From Candidatus Omnitrophota bacterium (GTDB taxonomy: Bacteria; Omnitrophota; JACPQZ01), in assembly GCA_016190205.1 (NCBI GenBank), contig JACPQZ010000045.1:33923-97922 (forward strand): a stretch of DNA of 64,000 nucleotides. The letters run 5' to 3'. Numbering within the stretch: position 1 is the stretch's first letter; every line of letters starts with the position of its first letter. The translations under genes and the position numbers were made by a program. The notes under the pieces are model-generated. The model ran no database searches, had not been told where the DNA came from, and saw only the letters and a program-made list of their open reading frames with translations. Below are positions 9,895-19,499 of this stretch, in pieces.

Positions 9895-10092
9895 GTGTTA
9901 GAAGGATTGCCAAAGGTAACGCTGCGCGAGGGTGAGTCCCTGGACAAGGCCCTGCGCCGGCTCAAAAAAAAGATAGAACGTGAGGGCATTTTAAAGACCC
10001 TCAAGGCCCGCAAACACTACGAAAAACCGAGCGTGCGCAAGCGCAGAAAAATGCGCGCGGCTCGAAAGAAGCAGACCAGATTCATAGGTTAG
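9895..10092 (+). CDS. rpsU: 30S ribosomal protein S21
   Basis: GESLDKALRRLKK...HYEKPS; start could be TTG9907. Confidence 0.95.
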   Translation: MLEGLPKVTLREGESLDKALRRLKKKIEREGILKTLKARKHYEKPSVRKRRKMRAARKKQTRFIG

Positions 10093-10095
10093 CGT

Positions 10096-11571
10096 GTGCT
10101 TGCCCTTATCATATTGGATGGTTGGGGCACCTCCCATGAAAGGGAGGGGAATGCCCCGGCCCTGGCGCGCACACCCACCCTTCTCCACCTCTCCAAGCAC
10201 TACCTCTACGGTCACCTCACCGCATCCGGACCCGCAGTAGGCCTCAAGGGAGTCGAACCAGCGAGCTCCGAGCTGGGACACACCACTTTAGGCGCGGGCC
10301 GTGTGCTCCAAGATCCCTGGCAGTTCAAAAAGCGTTTTCAAGATGGCGCCCTCCTTAAATCCAGAACCTTAAGCTCTGCCCTCCAACATGTCATAAAAAA
10401 TGGGGGCCAGCTCCATCTTATGGGCTTGACGGAGCCGGGAGAGGCGCCCGGTCAAATCCTCAAGTCGCTCATCGAGTGGGCAGGGCGCTCCAAAGTAAAA
10501 GCAACACATCTCCATATGGTCTTGGACGGGCATGACTCCGGGCCTTTTGAAGGAAGAAGATACCTTAAAGAGCTCAAGCGTTACCTGGATGGGATGGCAG
10601 GAGTGCATCTATCCTCTTGCACGGGGCGGGCCCATTTTCTCAATCCTTCCGGCCAGGCGGGTTTGACCCGCTTACTCGTCGAAGCCTTAACTCAAGAAAA
10701 AGGGGTGAGGGCCGAAGACCCCGAGACTTACCTGGAGGGATGTTACCGCAGGGGTCTTGCAGACGACGAAATCAAACCCACCTGTTTGAGCGGTACAAAG
10801 GGTGAAGGCGTTCGCATCCGCGAGTCTGACGCCTTGATCCTTTTCTCCCCTGGAAAGACTCTAGAGGTATCACACCTGGCCAAGGCCCTGCCCGGGAAAA
10901 TTCGTATCGTGCACCTCTTTAAGGACGAAACACCTTTGAAAACAGGCTGGGCCTTTGAACTTGAGCCCCTTGCGACAAATCTGGGGGAGCTGGTATCCGA
11001 GGCGAAGCTCTCCCAGATACGTTTGGCAGAAACTTTAAAATCCCGCCAGGTGTCCTTTTATCTAAACGGAGGCCGGGCAAATCCGTATCCTAGAGAGGAC
11101 CGGGTGTTTATTCCCTCACAGGACCATGTGCGGCATGAGCGCAATCCCGCCCTCTCGGCCCACGCCGTGACCCGCGCAGCTCTCAAGGCGATCCGCTTAC
11201 GACGATATGAACTCGTCGTCTTAAACTATGCCAATGGTGACATCGTGGGCCACACGGGAGATCTGAAGGCGGCGATTCAGGCGGTCGAAACCGTGGATGC
11301 GTGCCTGGCAAAGGTGCTCGCGTGCTTAAGCGCTGCAGGAGGGGACGTTGTCATAACCTCCGACCACGGAAATTGCGAATGCATGCGCACCCGAGACGGA
11401 AGGCCGTTCCGCGCCCACACATCTAATGATGTCCCATTTTATATTGCCTCCTTTCGCAGAAATCTCCGCCTGCAAAGGAACCAAGGCTCTTTAACGGACA
11501 TAGCCCCAACCGTACTCGAACTCCTGGGAATGCCCAAGCCAGGGGTTATGACGGGGTCGTCGTTAATCTAG
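10096..11571 (+). CDS. gpmI: Divergent cofactor-independent phosphoglycerate mutase-like protein
   Basis: ILDGWG, SELGH, NGDIVGHTG, SDHGN, HT metal motifs present; several substrate residues lost. Confidence 0.7.
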   Translation: MLALIILDGWGTSHEREGNAPALARTPTLLHLSKHYLYGHLTASGPAVGLKGVEPASSELGHTTLGAGRVLQDPWQFKKRFQDGALLKSRTLSSALQHVIKNGGQLHLMGLTEPGEAPGQILKSLIEWAGRSKVKATHLHMVLDGHDSGPFEGRRYLKELKRYLDGMAGVHLSSCTGRAHFLNPSGQAGLTRLLVEALTQEKGVRAEDPETYLEGCYRRGLADDEIKPTCLSGTKGEGVRIRESDALILFSPGKTLEVSHLAKALPGKIRIVHLFKDETPLKTGWAFELEPLATNLGELVSEAKLSQIRLAETLKSRQVSFYLNGGRANPYPREDRVFIPSQDHVRHERNPALSAHAVTRAALKAIRLRRYELVVLNYANGDIVGHTGDLKAAIQAVETVDACLAKVLACLSAAGGDVVITSDHGNCECMRTRDGRPFRAHTSNDVPFYIASFRRNLRLQRNQGSLTDIAPTVLELLGMPKPGVMTGSSLI

Positions 11572-11606
11572 CGCCGCCCGAGTCATTAGGCGAAAAGATC
11601 GAGAGG

Positions 11607-11726
11607 AGACTACAGACTGAAGACTTAACGAAAACCACCTCTTTTAATCTGAAGTTTGTTTTTTTGCGATGCACGAAGCACGAAGCACGATTCAGTCTGT
11701 AGTCTGTGGTCTGTAGTCTTCAGTCT
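11607..11726. repeat. 7-bp-periodic inverted element (AGACTAC/GTAGTCT) with nested GCACGAA array
   Basis: agactacagactgaagact ... cgatgcacgaagcacgaagcacga ... agtctgtagtctgtggtctgtagtcttcagtct. Confidence 0.8.
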
Positions 11727-11730
11727 TAAC

Positions 11731-12552
11731 ATGGTCACGCACGCCCAACATACCAGAACGCCCGCAGTAGCGGGCCAATTCTATCCCAGCGATCCCAAAG
11801 AGCTTTCTGAAACGGTAGAAAAGCTCCTTCCTAAAAAGGCGAGCGCCGTTCCGCGCAAGGCGGTTATCGTCCCGCATGCAGGGTATATCTATTCCGGCAA
11901 GATTGCGGGTAACGTGTATGCGCGCACGGCGGTTCCAAGCCTTTCCATACTCGTAGGACCCAACCATACGGGCAGAGGGGCGAGTTTGAGTTTATACCCG
12001 GGCGGGTCTTGGATGACCCCGTTAGGAGCCATGCGGGTCAATCAAGATTTCGTGCAAGCCATCCGAAGAGAGTTCGATGCCTTCAGTCTGGATACCCTGG
12101 CACACACCTATGAACACAGCCTGGAGGTCCAGCTTCCCTTCCTAAAACATATCAGCGCGCAGTCAACCATCGTGCCCATTATCGTGGGTACGGACCATGT
12201 TCCATCCCTCCTAAAAGCGGGTTCAGCGCTGGGGAGGGTTATCCGGGACTGGAAGCAGCCCTCATTACTCATTTGTTCCACGGATATGACACATTATGAG
12301 CCTTTAGTGACAGCCCAGCGAAAAGACAAAATGGCCATTCAGGCGCTCACTTCCCTGGATCCGAAGGAGCTGGCCCTTGTCGTGGCGGAGAACGCTATAT
12401 CCATGTGCGGATGGGCCCCTGCCGTCATGATCTTGGCCGCCTGCCGTACCCTGGGTGCCACGAAGGCCGAGTTCATAGCCTACGGGACAAGCGCGGATAC
12501 AACTGGAGATCGTTCCAGCGTCGTGGGTTATGCGGGGATGGCATTCGGCTAG
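11731..12552 (+). CDS. amrB: MEMO1/AmmeMemoRadiSam system protein B
   Basis: R.PAVAGQFYP, PHAGYIYSG, GPNHTG, EHSLEVQLPFL, STDMTHY, SMCG, VVGYAG. Confidence 0.93.
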   Translation: MVTHAQHTRTPAVAGQFYPSDPKELSETVEKLLPKKASAVPRKAVIVPHAGYIYSGKIAGNVYARTAVPSLSILVGPNHTGRGASLSLYPGGSWMTPLGAMRVNQDFVQAIRREFDAFSLDTLAHTYEHSLEVQLPFLKHISAQSTIVPIIVGTDHVPSLLKAGSALGRVIRDWKQPSLLICSTDMTHYEPLVTAQRKDKMAIQALTSLDPKELALVVAENAISMCGWAPAVMILAACRTLGATKAEFIAYGTSADTTGDRSSVVGYAGMAFG

Positions 12553-12606
12553 GTATTTCCGAAACAATTGTTGTACTCGTAAACCAAAAAAACCAACTAA
12601 AACCAC

Positions 12607-12636
12607 TTGACAGACTATAATCCCGGATGTTAAATT
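12607..12636 (+). promoter_or_regulatory. Sigma70-like promoter
   Basis: TTGACA-18-TAAATT with extended TG. Confidence 0.55.
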
Positions 12637-12642
12637 AAAAAC

Positions 12643-12721
12643 CAACAGAGACTACGGTCTCTACTCACCTAGAGGTTCCTAGTATAACCACTCCCACTTA
12701 TACTGGGAACCTCGTTTTTTT
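12643..12721 (+). ncRNA. Candidate small RNA or attenuated leader
   Basis: AGAGAC-UACG-GTCTCT hairpin, then 16-bp stem with CCACTCCCAC loop and T7, between a promoter and the next gene. Confidence 0.45.
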
Positions 12722-12755
12722 ATCCATATTTCATAATGGGCAAGGCAACACAGAG

Positions 12756-12920
12756 ATGATTGACGAAAAGCTTCTGGCTATTCTGGCTTGCCCCGTTTGC
12801 AAGAAGAAGGTTCGTTGGAATCAGGAAAGACTTGTTTGTGAATCCTGCGGCCGCCGCTACCCTGTAAGAGATGGTATTCCGATCATGCTCGTTGAGGAAG
12901 CGGACTTGGCCCAGCAATAA
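12756..12920 (+). CDS. Trm112/YcaR family zinc-finger protein (54 aa, absent from ORF track)
   Basis: MIDEKLLAILACPVCKKK...LVCESCGRRYPVRDGIPIML. Confidence 0.92.
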   Translation: MIDEKLLAILACPVCKKKVRWNQERLVCESCGRRYPVRDGIPIMLVEEADLAQQ

Positions 12921-13042
12921 GGCCCCCACCTTTCCACGCTCTGTATCATCGATCCTATCCAAACTCCTGCCGTTTGCTTTTACGCGCTACATCTAGTAAC
13001 ATATACGTCACATATGCTTAGGATAAAAACCGGGGGACGGGT

Positions 13043-13489
13043 GTGAATCTCAAAGAAATCAAGGAAATGATTAACCTCATGAATGAGAGCGGGCTCTCTG
13101 AACTCGAGCTCGAGCGGGACGGCCTCAGAATAAAGCTTCGCAAAGGGTCGGCGCCGGAGGTGAGCATGGGCCTTGCGCCTCTTCCTCCTGGGGGCACACT
13201 GTCCGCTGGAGCGCAGGCGGGGGAGCCAAGCCAGCCGGAGGCGGAGGAAGGCGTGCTGGAGGTGAAGGCGCCTATGGTCGGTACTTTCTACCGGGCCCCT
13301 GCGCCTGATGCCCCGCCCTATGCAGAGGAAGGTCAGAGGATAGAAAAGGGTCAAGTGCTGTGTATCATCGAAGCCATGAAGCTCATGAATGAAATCAAGT
13401 CGGAGCTGTCAGGAACCATCAAGGACATCCTGGTCCGCAACGGAGACCCCGTCGAGTTCGATCAGACCCTCTTCCGAATTAAGACTTAA
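13043..13489 (+). CDS. accB: Biotin carboxyl carrier protein
   Basis: [22 protein letters not shown]. Confidence 0.97.
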   Translation: MNLKEIKEMINLMNESGLSELELERDGLRIKLRKGSAPEVSMGLAPLPPGGTLSAGAQAGEPSQPEAEEGVLEVKAPMVGTFYRAPAPDAPPYAEEGQRIEKGQVLCIIEAMKLMNEIKSELSGTIKDILVRNGDPVEFDQTLFRIKT

Positions 13490-13494
13490 AGCCC

Positions 13495-14850
13495 ATGTTC
13501 AATAAAATTCTAATCGCAAACCGCGGCGAGGTCGCCGTACGCATTATCCGAGCATGCCGCGAGCTGGGCATCCGGACGGTGGCCGTCTTTTCCAAGGCCG
13601 ACCGCGAGAGCCTGCACGTGCGCCTCGCTGACCAGGCGATCTGCGTCGGGGACTCCGCCAGCCAGGAGAGCTACCTCAATATACCGGCGATCATCAGCGC
13701 CGCCGAAATCACGGATGTGGAGGCCATCCATCCCGGCTACGGCTTTTTGGCAGAAAACTCTCACTTTGCGGAAGTCTGCCAGTCCTGTCAGATAACGTTC
13801 ATCGGCCCCCGGCCGGAAGCCATCCGGCTCATGGGAGACAAGGCCGAGGCGCTCAAGCTCATGAAAAAAAATGGCATCCCCACGGTACCCGGAAGCGATG
13901 GCATCATTAAGGACTCTGATGAGGCCCTCAAGGTAGCCCGGCGGGTCAAATACCCGGTCATCGTAAAAGCGGCTGGCGGAGGAGGGGGCAAGGGCATGCG
14001 CACCGCCCATAACGACGGGCACCTCGTCAGCGCTTTCATGACGGCGCAGGCAGAGGCCGAAAAGGCCTTCTCCAACCCGGCCGTCTACATCGAAAAATAC
14101 ATCGAAGAACCCCGTCACGTCGAGGTTCAGATCCTCGCCGATAATTATGGTGCGACCGTTCACCTGGGGGAGCGGGACTGCACCATCCAGCGCAATCACC
14201 AGAAGCTCATTGAAGAGGCGCCTTCCCCGATACTCGGGGGAAAGCTGAGAAGAAGGATAGGAGAGGTGGCCCTCAAATGCGCTCGTCTCGCGCACTACAA
14301 CAACGCGGGCACCATCGAATTTCTGGTGGACAAGGACCGCAACTTTTACTTCATGGAAATGAATACCCGGATCCAGGTGGAGCACCCGGTCACGGAGCTC
14401 GTGACCGGGATTGACATCGTCAAGGAACAGATCAGGATCGCTTCGGGGGAGAGGCTGCGCTTCCGTCAGGAAAATATCCGCTTCCACGGCTGGGCCATCG
14501 AGTGCCGGATCAATGCCGAAGATCCGGATAAAGGTTTTACTCCGTCGCCCGGTTACATCAAAACGTACCGGCCGCCCGGGGGCCCGCGCGTCCGTCTGGA
14601 TACCCACATTTATCCCAACTACCTGGTGCCCCCATTCTATGACTCCATGATCGCGAAACTTATTGTGCACGGAAACGACCGCCAGGAGGCCATCAACATC
14701 ATGAAGAGGGCCTTGGATGAGTTTGAGATCGGTCCCGTCAAGACCACCATCCCGCTCCACCAAAAAATATTCCGCAATCCGGCGTTTTTGCGCGGGCAGG
14801 TCTCCACGCATTTTATCGAGACCTTTTTTTCAAATGGTAATAAAATATGA
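13495..14850 (+). CDS. accC: Biotin carboxylase
   Basis: [36 protein letters not shown]. Confidence 0.97.
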   Translation: MFNKILIANRGEVAVRIIRACRELGIRTVAVFSKADRESLHVRLADQAICVGDSASQESYLNIPAIISAAEITDVEAIHPGYGFLAENSHFAEVCQSCQITFIGPRPEAIRLMGDKAEALKLMKKNGIPTVPGSDGIIKDSDEALKVARRVKYPVIVKAAGGGGGKGMRTAHNDGHLVSAFMTAQAEAEKAFSNPAVYIEKYIEEPRHVEVQILADNYGATVHLGERDCTIQRNHQKLIEEAPSPILGGKLRRRIGEVALKCARLAHYNNAGTIEFLVDKDRNFYFMEMNTRIQVEHPVTELVTGIDIVKEQIRIASGERLRFRQENIRFHGWAIECRINAEDPDKGFTPSPGYIKTYRPPGGPRVRLDTHIYPNYLVPPFYDSMIAKLIVHGNDRQEAINIMKRALDEFEIGPVKTTIPLHQKIFRNPAFLRGQVSTHFIETFFSNGNKI

Positions 14851-15458
14851 GGGGCCGACGCATGCGATGGGTGGATGAAATCTTGGTAGGGTTTTACGCT
14901 TTAACCCTGCTCGTGATGGGTCTTGTCATCCTGGGGATTACCATGGGATTTATCCCTGCCTCCCTGGCAGAATTTTGGCTATCCAGGATCCAGGGCGACC
15001 CCTTGACGCGCTGGCAGTTTCTGGCTGGAGGTGCGCTCATGACCCTCTTGGCGCTTGCGACCGTCGCCCTGGTAAGACAACGGTCGCACATCGAGCGTCA
15101 TCTCGTCTTCCGGAACGAAGAGGGCCAGATTGAGGTGAGCATCCACGCCCTGGAAGAGGTGGTCCGGAATGCAGGACGGGACTTCCTGGATATCAAGTCC
15201 ATCCAACCCGTGCTTTTGATCCATAAAAACAGTGCGGTCGTCAAGGCCGACCTGGAACTCTATGCAGGGGCCCACATCAACTTTACGGCAGAACGGCTTC
15301 AGTCTCGCATCAAGGATCAGTTTGAGCAGTTGCTGGGAAGAGACGTGAAGGTAGCCATTGACGTGGTCGTAAGACACGTGGACCGGAAGGGGACGTCCCC
15401 TCGGCCCCGTGACGCAGACCGAAGCATGCATTTCGGCTCGACACCCGGCACCGGTTGA
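14847..15458 (+). CDS. AmaP-like alkaline-shock membrane anchor protein
   Basis: Two N-terminal TMs, [11 protein letters not shown], typical position after accBC. Confidence 0.7.
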   Translation: MRGRRMRWVDEILVGFYALTLLVMGLVILGITMGFIPASLAEFWLSRIQGDPLTRWQFLAGGALMTLLALATVALVRQRSHIERHLVFRNEEGQIEVSIHALEEVVRNAGRDFLDIKSIQPVLLIHKNSAVVKADLELYAGAHINFTAERLQSRIKDQFEQLLGRDVKVAIDVVVRHVDRKGTSPRPRDADRSMHFGSTPGTG

Positions 15459-15466
15459 GGAAGGAA

Positions 15467-16522
15467 ATGGATAACATGAATCCAAGCAATACAGATGTGA
15501 AACGTATCGGCGTCTTGACCGGGGGGGGTGACTGCCCCGGTCTAAATCCAGTGATCCGGGCCGTGGTACGGCGTGCGATCCGGGCCGGAATCGAGGTCAT
15601 GGGCATCCGGGACGGCTGGAAGGGGCTGGTGTCTGATACGATCGTCCCCTTGGATATTAATTCGGTCTCCGGCATCTTGTCGCGAGGGGGGACGATCTTG
15701 GGCACTTCACGGACAAACATTTATAAGAACCCGGCCGATTCCGTTAAGGCCAAAGAAACAATGGCCAAACATAAACTGGATGCCCTGATCGCCATTGGAG
15801 GGGAGGACACCTTGGGCGTGGCGCAGAGGCTGTACGAGGAGGGGATCCGGGTGGTGGGGGTTCCCAAAACGATCGACAACGATCTCTCCTGCACCGACTA
15901 TACCTTTGGCTTCGACTCGGCGATCAATATCGCCATGGAGGCGATCGACCGCCTGCACACCACAGCCGAAAGTCACAACCGCGTCATCGTCGTAGAACTC
16001 ATGGGACGGCATACGGGCTGGATTGCCATGCATGCCGGTATCGCCGGCGGGGCGGACGCCATCCTGATACCCGATGTGGAAAACGATATCGACCTGGTGG
16101 TCGCAGAGCTTAAAAAACGGCACGCGCGGGGCAAACGTTTCAGCATCGTTGCGATTGCAGAAGGCGTCAAGCTTAAAAACACGGTGGTGACCCAGGATGC
16201 ACGCGTAGATGACTTCGGCCACGTCCGGCTGGGCGGGGTGGGACAAACGCTGGCCGCGGAGATTGAAAGGCGCACCGGATACGAAACGCGTACGGTCGTG
16301 TTGGGACACCTTCAGCGCGGAGGTTCGCCGACCGCCTTTGACCGGATCCTGGGCACCCGCTTTGGCATTCGGGCCGTAGAACTCGTTTTGGAAGGCGGAT
16401 TCGGAAAAATGGTCTGCCTTCGCGGCAATACGATTGAAACCGTCGAAATCAAGAAGGCGATCGCCCAGCCCAAGACCGTAGACGGCGAATGGGTTAAGAT
16501 TGCCAGCGTGTTTTATGGCTGA
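15467..16522 (+). CDS. pfkA: 6-phosphofructokinase (PPi-type signature)
   Basis: GGGDCPGLN, GGTILGTSR, GGEDT, PKTIDND, MGR. Confidence 0.93.
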   Translation: MDNMNPSNTDVKRIGVLTGGGDCPGLNPVIRAVVRRAIRAGIEVMGIRDGWKGLVSDTIVPLDINSVSGILSRGGTILGTSRTNIYKNPADSVKAKETMAKHKLDALIAIGGEDTLGVAQRLYEEGIRVVGVPKTIDNDLSCTDYTFGFDSAINIAMEAIDRLHTTAESHNRVIVVELMGRHTGWIAMHAGIAGGADAILIPDVENDIDLVVAELKKRHARGKRFSIVAIAEGVKLKNTVVTQDARVDDFGHVRLGGVGQTLAAEIERRTGYETRTVVLGHLQRGGSPTAFDRILGTRFGIRAVELVLEGGFGKMVCLRGNTIETVEIKKAIAQPKTVDGEWVKIASVFYG

Positions 16523-17114
16523 AACAAAGTCCCGCCCGGCATACAACCTGAAAGGCCGTCTTAAGGAAGTTGTCTCGGAGAGCATTCGCGTCAAGCAGGC
16601 CACCCTGACCACGCAAAGCGGGCAGATCGCCCAGATTGCGGAACTCGCCATCCAGTCCCTTCGAAAGGGCGGAAAAATCCTGATCTGCGGAAATGGGGGA
16701 AGCGCCTCACAGGCGCAGCACCTGGCCGCTGAAATTATCTGCCGCTATAAGAAAAATAGAAAGTCCCTGCCCGCCCTTGCCCTGAACACCGATACGGCGG
16801 TCATGACCGCCGTGGCGAACGATTTTTCATACGAAGACGTCTTTGCAAAACAGATTGAGGGTCTGGCCGCTCCGGACGATCTCGTCTGGGTGTTGTCCAC
16901 AAGCGGCAATTCTCCCAATGTGGTCCGCGCTGTTCAAGCGGCGAGGAAGGTGGGCTGCCAGATCGTTGGATTTACGGGCGAATCGGGGGGCCGCCTCAAA
17001 GACCTCGTAGAATACCTGGTCAGGGTCCCGTCGCGCGAGACCGATCGCATCCAGGAAACCCACATCACGATCGGGCATGCCGTTTGCGAGGCGATCGAGG
17101 AAACCCTGGGATAA
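16515..17114 (+). CDS. gmhA: D-sedoheptulose 7-phosphate isomerase
   Basis: CGNGGSASQAQH, NDF, STSGNS, IQETH. Confidence 0.92.
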   Translation: MAETKSRPAYNLKGRLKEVVSESIRVKQATLTTQSGQIAQIAELAIQSLRKGGKILICGNGGSASQAQHLAAEIICRYKKNRKSLPALALNTDTAVMTAVANDFSYEDVFAKQIEGLAAPDDLVWVLSTSGNSPNVVRAVQAARKVGCQIVGFTGESGGRLKDLVEYLVRVPSRETDRIQETHITIGHAVCEAIEETLG

Positions 17115-17115
17115 C

Positions 17116-17595
17116 GTGGGAACCAAACGCAAGGGTCTCAAGGCGGTCAGGGCCCTCGCCCGCAGGCTCCGTCAAAAGGGAAGGCGGATCGTCTTCACCA
17201 ACGGGTGTTTTGATCTCATCCACCCGGGTCACATCCAAATCCTGACGCGCGCCCACGCCCTGGGTGACTACCTGATCGTAGGACTCAATTCGGACAAATC
17301 CGTAAGGCGTCTGAAAGGGCCATCCCGGCCCTTCATCAGCCAGCAGGGCCGCTCCCAGATGCTCGAGGCCCTGGAGTGCGTGGATTGTGTCGTGATATTT
17401 GACGCGCCCACGCCGGAGGCCTTGATCCGCGCGATCCACCCCGACGTGCTCGTCAAGGGCGCGGATTGGACGAAGGGTGAGATCGCCGGCGGAGATTTCG
17501 TGGCATCCTATGGCGGGAAGATCGCCCGGGTGCCTCTCGTAAAGGGACAATCCAGCACGCGGCTCATCAGGCTTCTTAAAAATAATGTTACTTAA
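17116..17595 (+). CDS. rfaE2: D-glycero-beta-D-manno-heptose 1-phosphate adenylyltransferase
   Basis: FTNGCFDLIHPGH, GLNSD.SV..LKGP.RP, KGADW; GTG start. Confidence 0.9.
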   Translation: MGTKRKGLKAVRALARRLRQKGRRIVFTNGCFDLIHPGHIQILTRAHALGDYLIVGLNSDKSVRRLKGPSRPFISQQGRSQMLEALECVDCVVIFDAPTPEALIRAIHPDVLVKGADWTKGEIAGGDFVASYGGKIARVPLVKGQSSTRLIRLLKNNVT

Positions 17596-18241
17596 GAACG
17601 AGGTCATCCTTTTTCCCCCGGAAAACCCCCTTTATCCCATTCTAAGTCTTCCTTCAGACGATGTCGAAAGCTACGTCAACGCCTTTGATGCCCTGGTCCG
17701 CGCCGGCGTAGCCATCGTACAGCTGCGGGCCAAGGGACTGCGGCCGGGAGACCTGGAACAGCTGGCAGGACGCCTGGTAAAAAGGGCCCGGGCGGCACGC
17801 ATCCGCCTCATCTTAAACGATGAGGTTGAACTCGCGGCACGCATCCGGGCGGACGGGGTCCATGTGGGTCAGAAGGACGCCTCGGTAAAAACAGTGAGAG
17901 GATTAGGAATCCCTCTCGTAGGAGTTTCCACTCACTCGGTCGAGGAAGCGAGAAATGCCCAGTCGCAGGGAGCCGACTACATCGGGGTGGGCTGTCTTTT
18001 CCCGAGTCCAACGGAGCCCCACCGCAAGCCCCTGGGGCTCGCAACCCTGCGCAGGATACGCGCGCAGGTTCACATCCCGATCGTGGCCGTAGGCGGGATC
18101 TCGCATGACAACATCTGGGAATGCGTTCAGGCGGGGGCGGATGCCGTTTCCTCAATCAGCGCCGTTTTTGGCGGCGGGGATTTTGAGTCCAATTGCCGGA
18201 ACCTTATGGCCAGGATCCACGCAGAGGTTCTAAACACGTGA
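17585..18241 (+). CDS. thiE: Thiamine-phosphate synthase
   Basis: VQLRAK, ILND, ADGVHVGQ.D, GVSTH, VAVGGI. Confidence 0.85.
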   Translation: MLLKNEVILFPPENPLYPILSLPSDDVESYVNAFDALVRAGVAIVQLRAKGLRPGDLEQLAGRLVKRARAARIRLILNDEVELAARIRADGVHVGQKDASVKTVRGLGIPLVGVSTHSVEEARNAQSQGADYIGVGCLFPSPTEPHRKPLGLATLRRIRAQVHIPIVAVGGISHDNIWECVQAGADAVSSISAVFGGGDFESNCRNLMARIHAEVLNT

Positions 18242-19140
18242 GTCCTGTGCTCGTGCTGGGCACGGTGGCCATTGATTCTGTGGAGACACCTTTCGGCCGG
18301 AAAAAGGCGGTGCTGGGGGGATCGGCGAGCTATGCCGCGTACAGCGCCAGTTTCTTCGCACCCGTCCGGCTGGTCGCCTGCGTAGGCTCTGATTTTCCAG
18401 AGCGCTACACCCGGGTCCTGCGTGAACGGCCCATCGACACGGCAGGTCTTGAAAGGGTGCCCCATGAACGCACGTTCCGCTGGCGCGGCCGTTATGGGGC
18501 GGATCTCGGAGAGGCCACTACGCTTGCCACGCACCTCAACGTGCTTGAGCGCTTTAACCCCAACATTCCTCTGGATTATCTGGACACCCCCTGCGTTTTT
18601 CTTGCAAATATTGATCCGGTTATACAAGAGCGCGTCTTGAACCATCTGAAGCCGCGGTGGGTGGTTCTGGACTCCATGAATTACTGGATACAGCATAAGA
18701 GGAAGGATCTCTTGCGCGTGGCGAAACGAGCTGATCTGGTTGTCTTGAACGACGCAGAGGCCCGGGGGCTTGCCCAGGAGGCGAGTCTGGTTCATGCGGC
18801 ACGACGCCTAAAGAAATTCGGCTTGAAGCGTCTGATCATTAAAAAGGGCGAGCACGGCGCGCTCCTCTTTGAAGACGACAAGTTTTTTCTAGCTCCGGCT
18901 TATCCGCAGCCCGCGACGGTAGATCCTACGGGGTGCGGTGACGCCTTTGCCGGCGGGCTCACGGGATTCCTGGCATCTCAGAAAAAGATTACCCGGCGGC
19001 TTTTGAGACGTTCCGTTATAGCCGGAAGTGTGATGGCCTCTTTCACGATCGAGGATTTCGGACTCAAGCGGCTGCGCAGACTCACGCATGCGGAAATCCG
19101 AAACCGCCTGACTGAATTTCACGACCTCATCCGTTGCTAA
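18238..19140 (+). CDS. PfkB-family carbohydrate/nucleoside kinase
   Basis: GTVAIDSVETPFG, LGGSA, DPTGCGDAFAGG. Confidence 0.9.
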   Translation: MSPVLVLGTVAIDSVETPFGRKKAVLGGSASYAAYSASFFAPVRLVACVGSDFPERYTRVLRERPIDTAGLERVPHERTFRWRGRYGADLGEATTLATHLNVLERFNPNIPLDYLDTPCVFLANIDPVIQERVLNHLKPRWVVLDSMNYWIQHKRKDLLRVAKRADLVVLNDAEARGLAQEASLVHAARRLKKFGLKRLIIKKGEHGALLFEDDKFFLAPAYPQPATVDPTGCGDAFAGGLTGFLASQKKITRRLLRRSVIAGSVMASFTIEDFGLKRLRRLTHAEIRNRLTEFHDLIRC

Positions 19141-19152
19141 TACTCGCGGCGT

Positions 19153-19233
19153 ATTTGTTCGTCGTTCGTTGATCGGTTATCGGTCATCGCAAACTTTTTC
19201 TTGCAATAACCGATTACCGAACACCGATAATCG
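19153..19233. repeat. 7-bp-periodic inverted element (ATCGGTT/ACCGATA), copy 1
   Basis: gatcggttatcggtcatcg ... accgattaccgaacaccgataatcg. Confidence 0.75.
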
Positions 19234-19270
19234 AAGTTGCACGTAAAGCGTACACGTGAGGCGCGCAAAA

Positions 19271-19316
19271 TAACAACATATAGCGTCTATTGCGCAGCGC
19301 AGTCTAGGTATAGTGT
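19271..19316. promoter_or_regulatory. Pair of NrdR-box-like motifs
   Basis: TAACAACATATAGCGT (19271) and AGTCTAGGTATAGTGT (19301) resemble acaCwAtATaTwGtgt; 30-bp spacing. Confidence 0.35.
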
Positions 19317-19370
19317 CAGAATCATGTTACGAAATGTGCCCGTAGAAATAATTTGTTTTTGAAGTTATAA

Positions 19371-19408
19371 TACGCAACACGCACGACGCGGTACGCACTA
19401 CGAAGTAC
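19371..19408. repeat. Degenerate heptamer array (TACGCAN)
   Basis: tacgcaa-cacgcac-gacgcgg-tacgcac-tacgaag. Confidence 0.55.
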
Positions 19409-19425
19409 TGTGCCTAAGTCATGAT

Positions 19426-19497
19426 GCGGGTGTAATTCAGCGGCAGAATGCAAGCTTCCCAAGCTTGACGTTGTGGGTTCGACTCCCATCACCCGCT
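19426..19497 (+). tRNA. tRNA-Gly(CCC), CCA not encoded
   Basis: Acceptor GCGGGTG/CACCCGC, anticodon arm CAAGC-TTCCCAA-GCTTG, T-arm GGTTCGACTCC. Confidence 0.95.
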
Positions 19498-19499
19498 GT

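Noticed and set aside
12984-12999. NrdR-box-like CTACATCTAG upstream of accB
   Set aside because: Single weak match without a properly spaced partner.
13510-14811. 433-aa antisense ORF (and similar long minus-strand ORFs at 15707, 34595, 35588, 62597)
   Set aside because: Shadows of well-supported + strand genes in GC-rich DNA, with no recognisable motifs.
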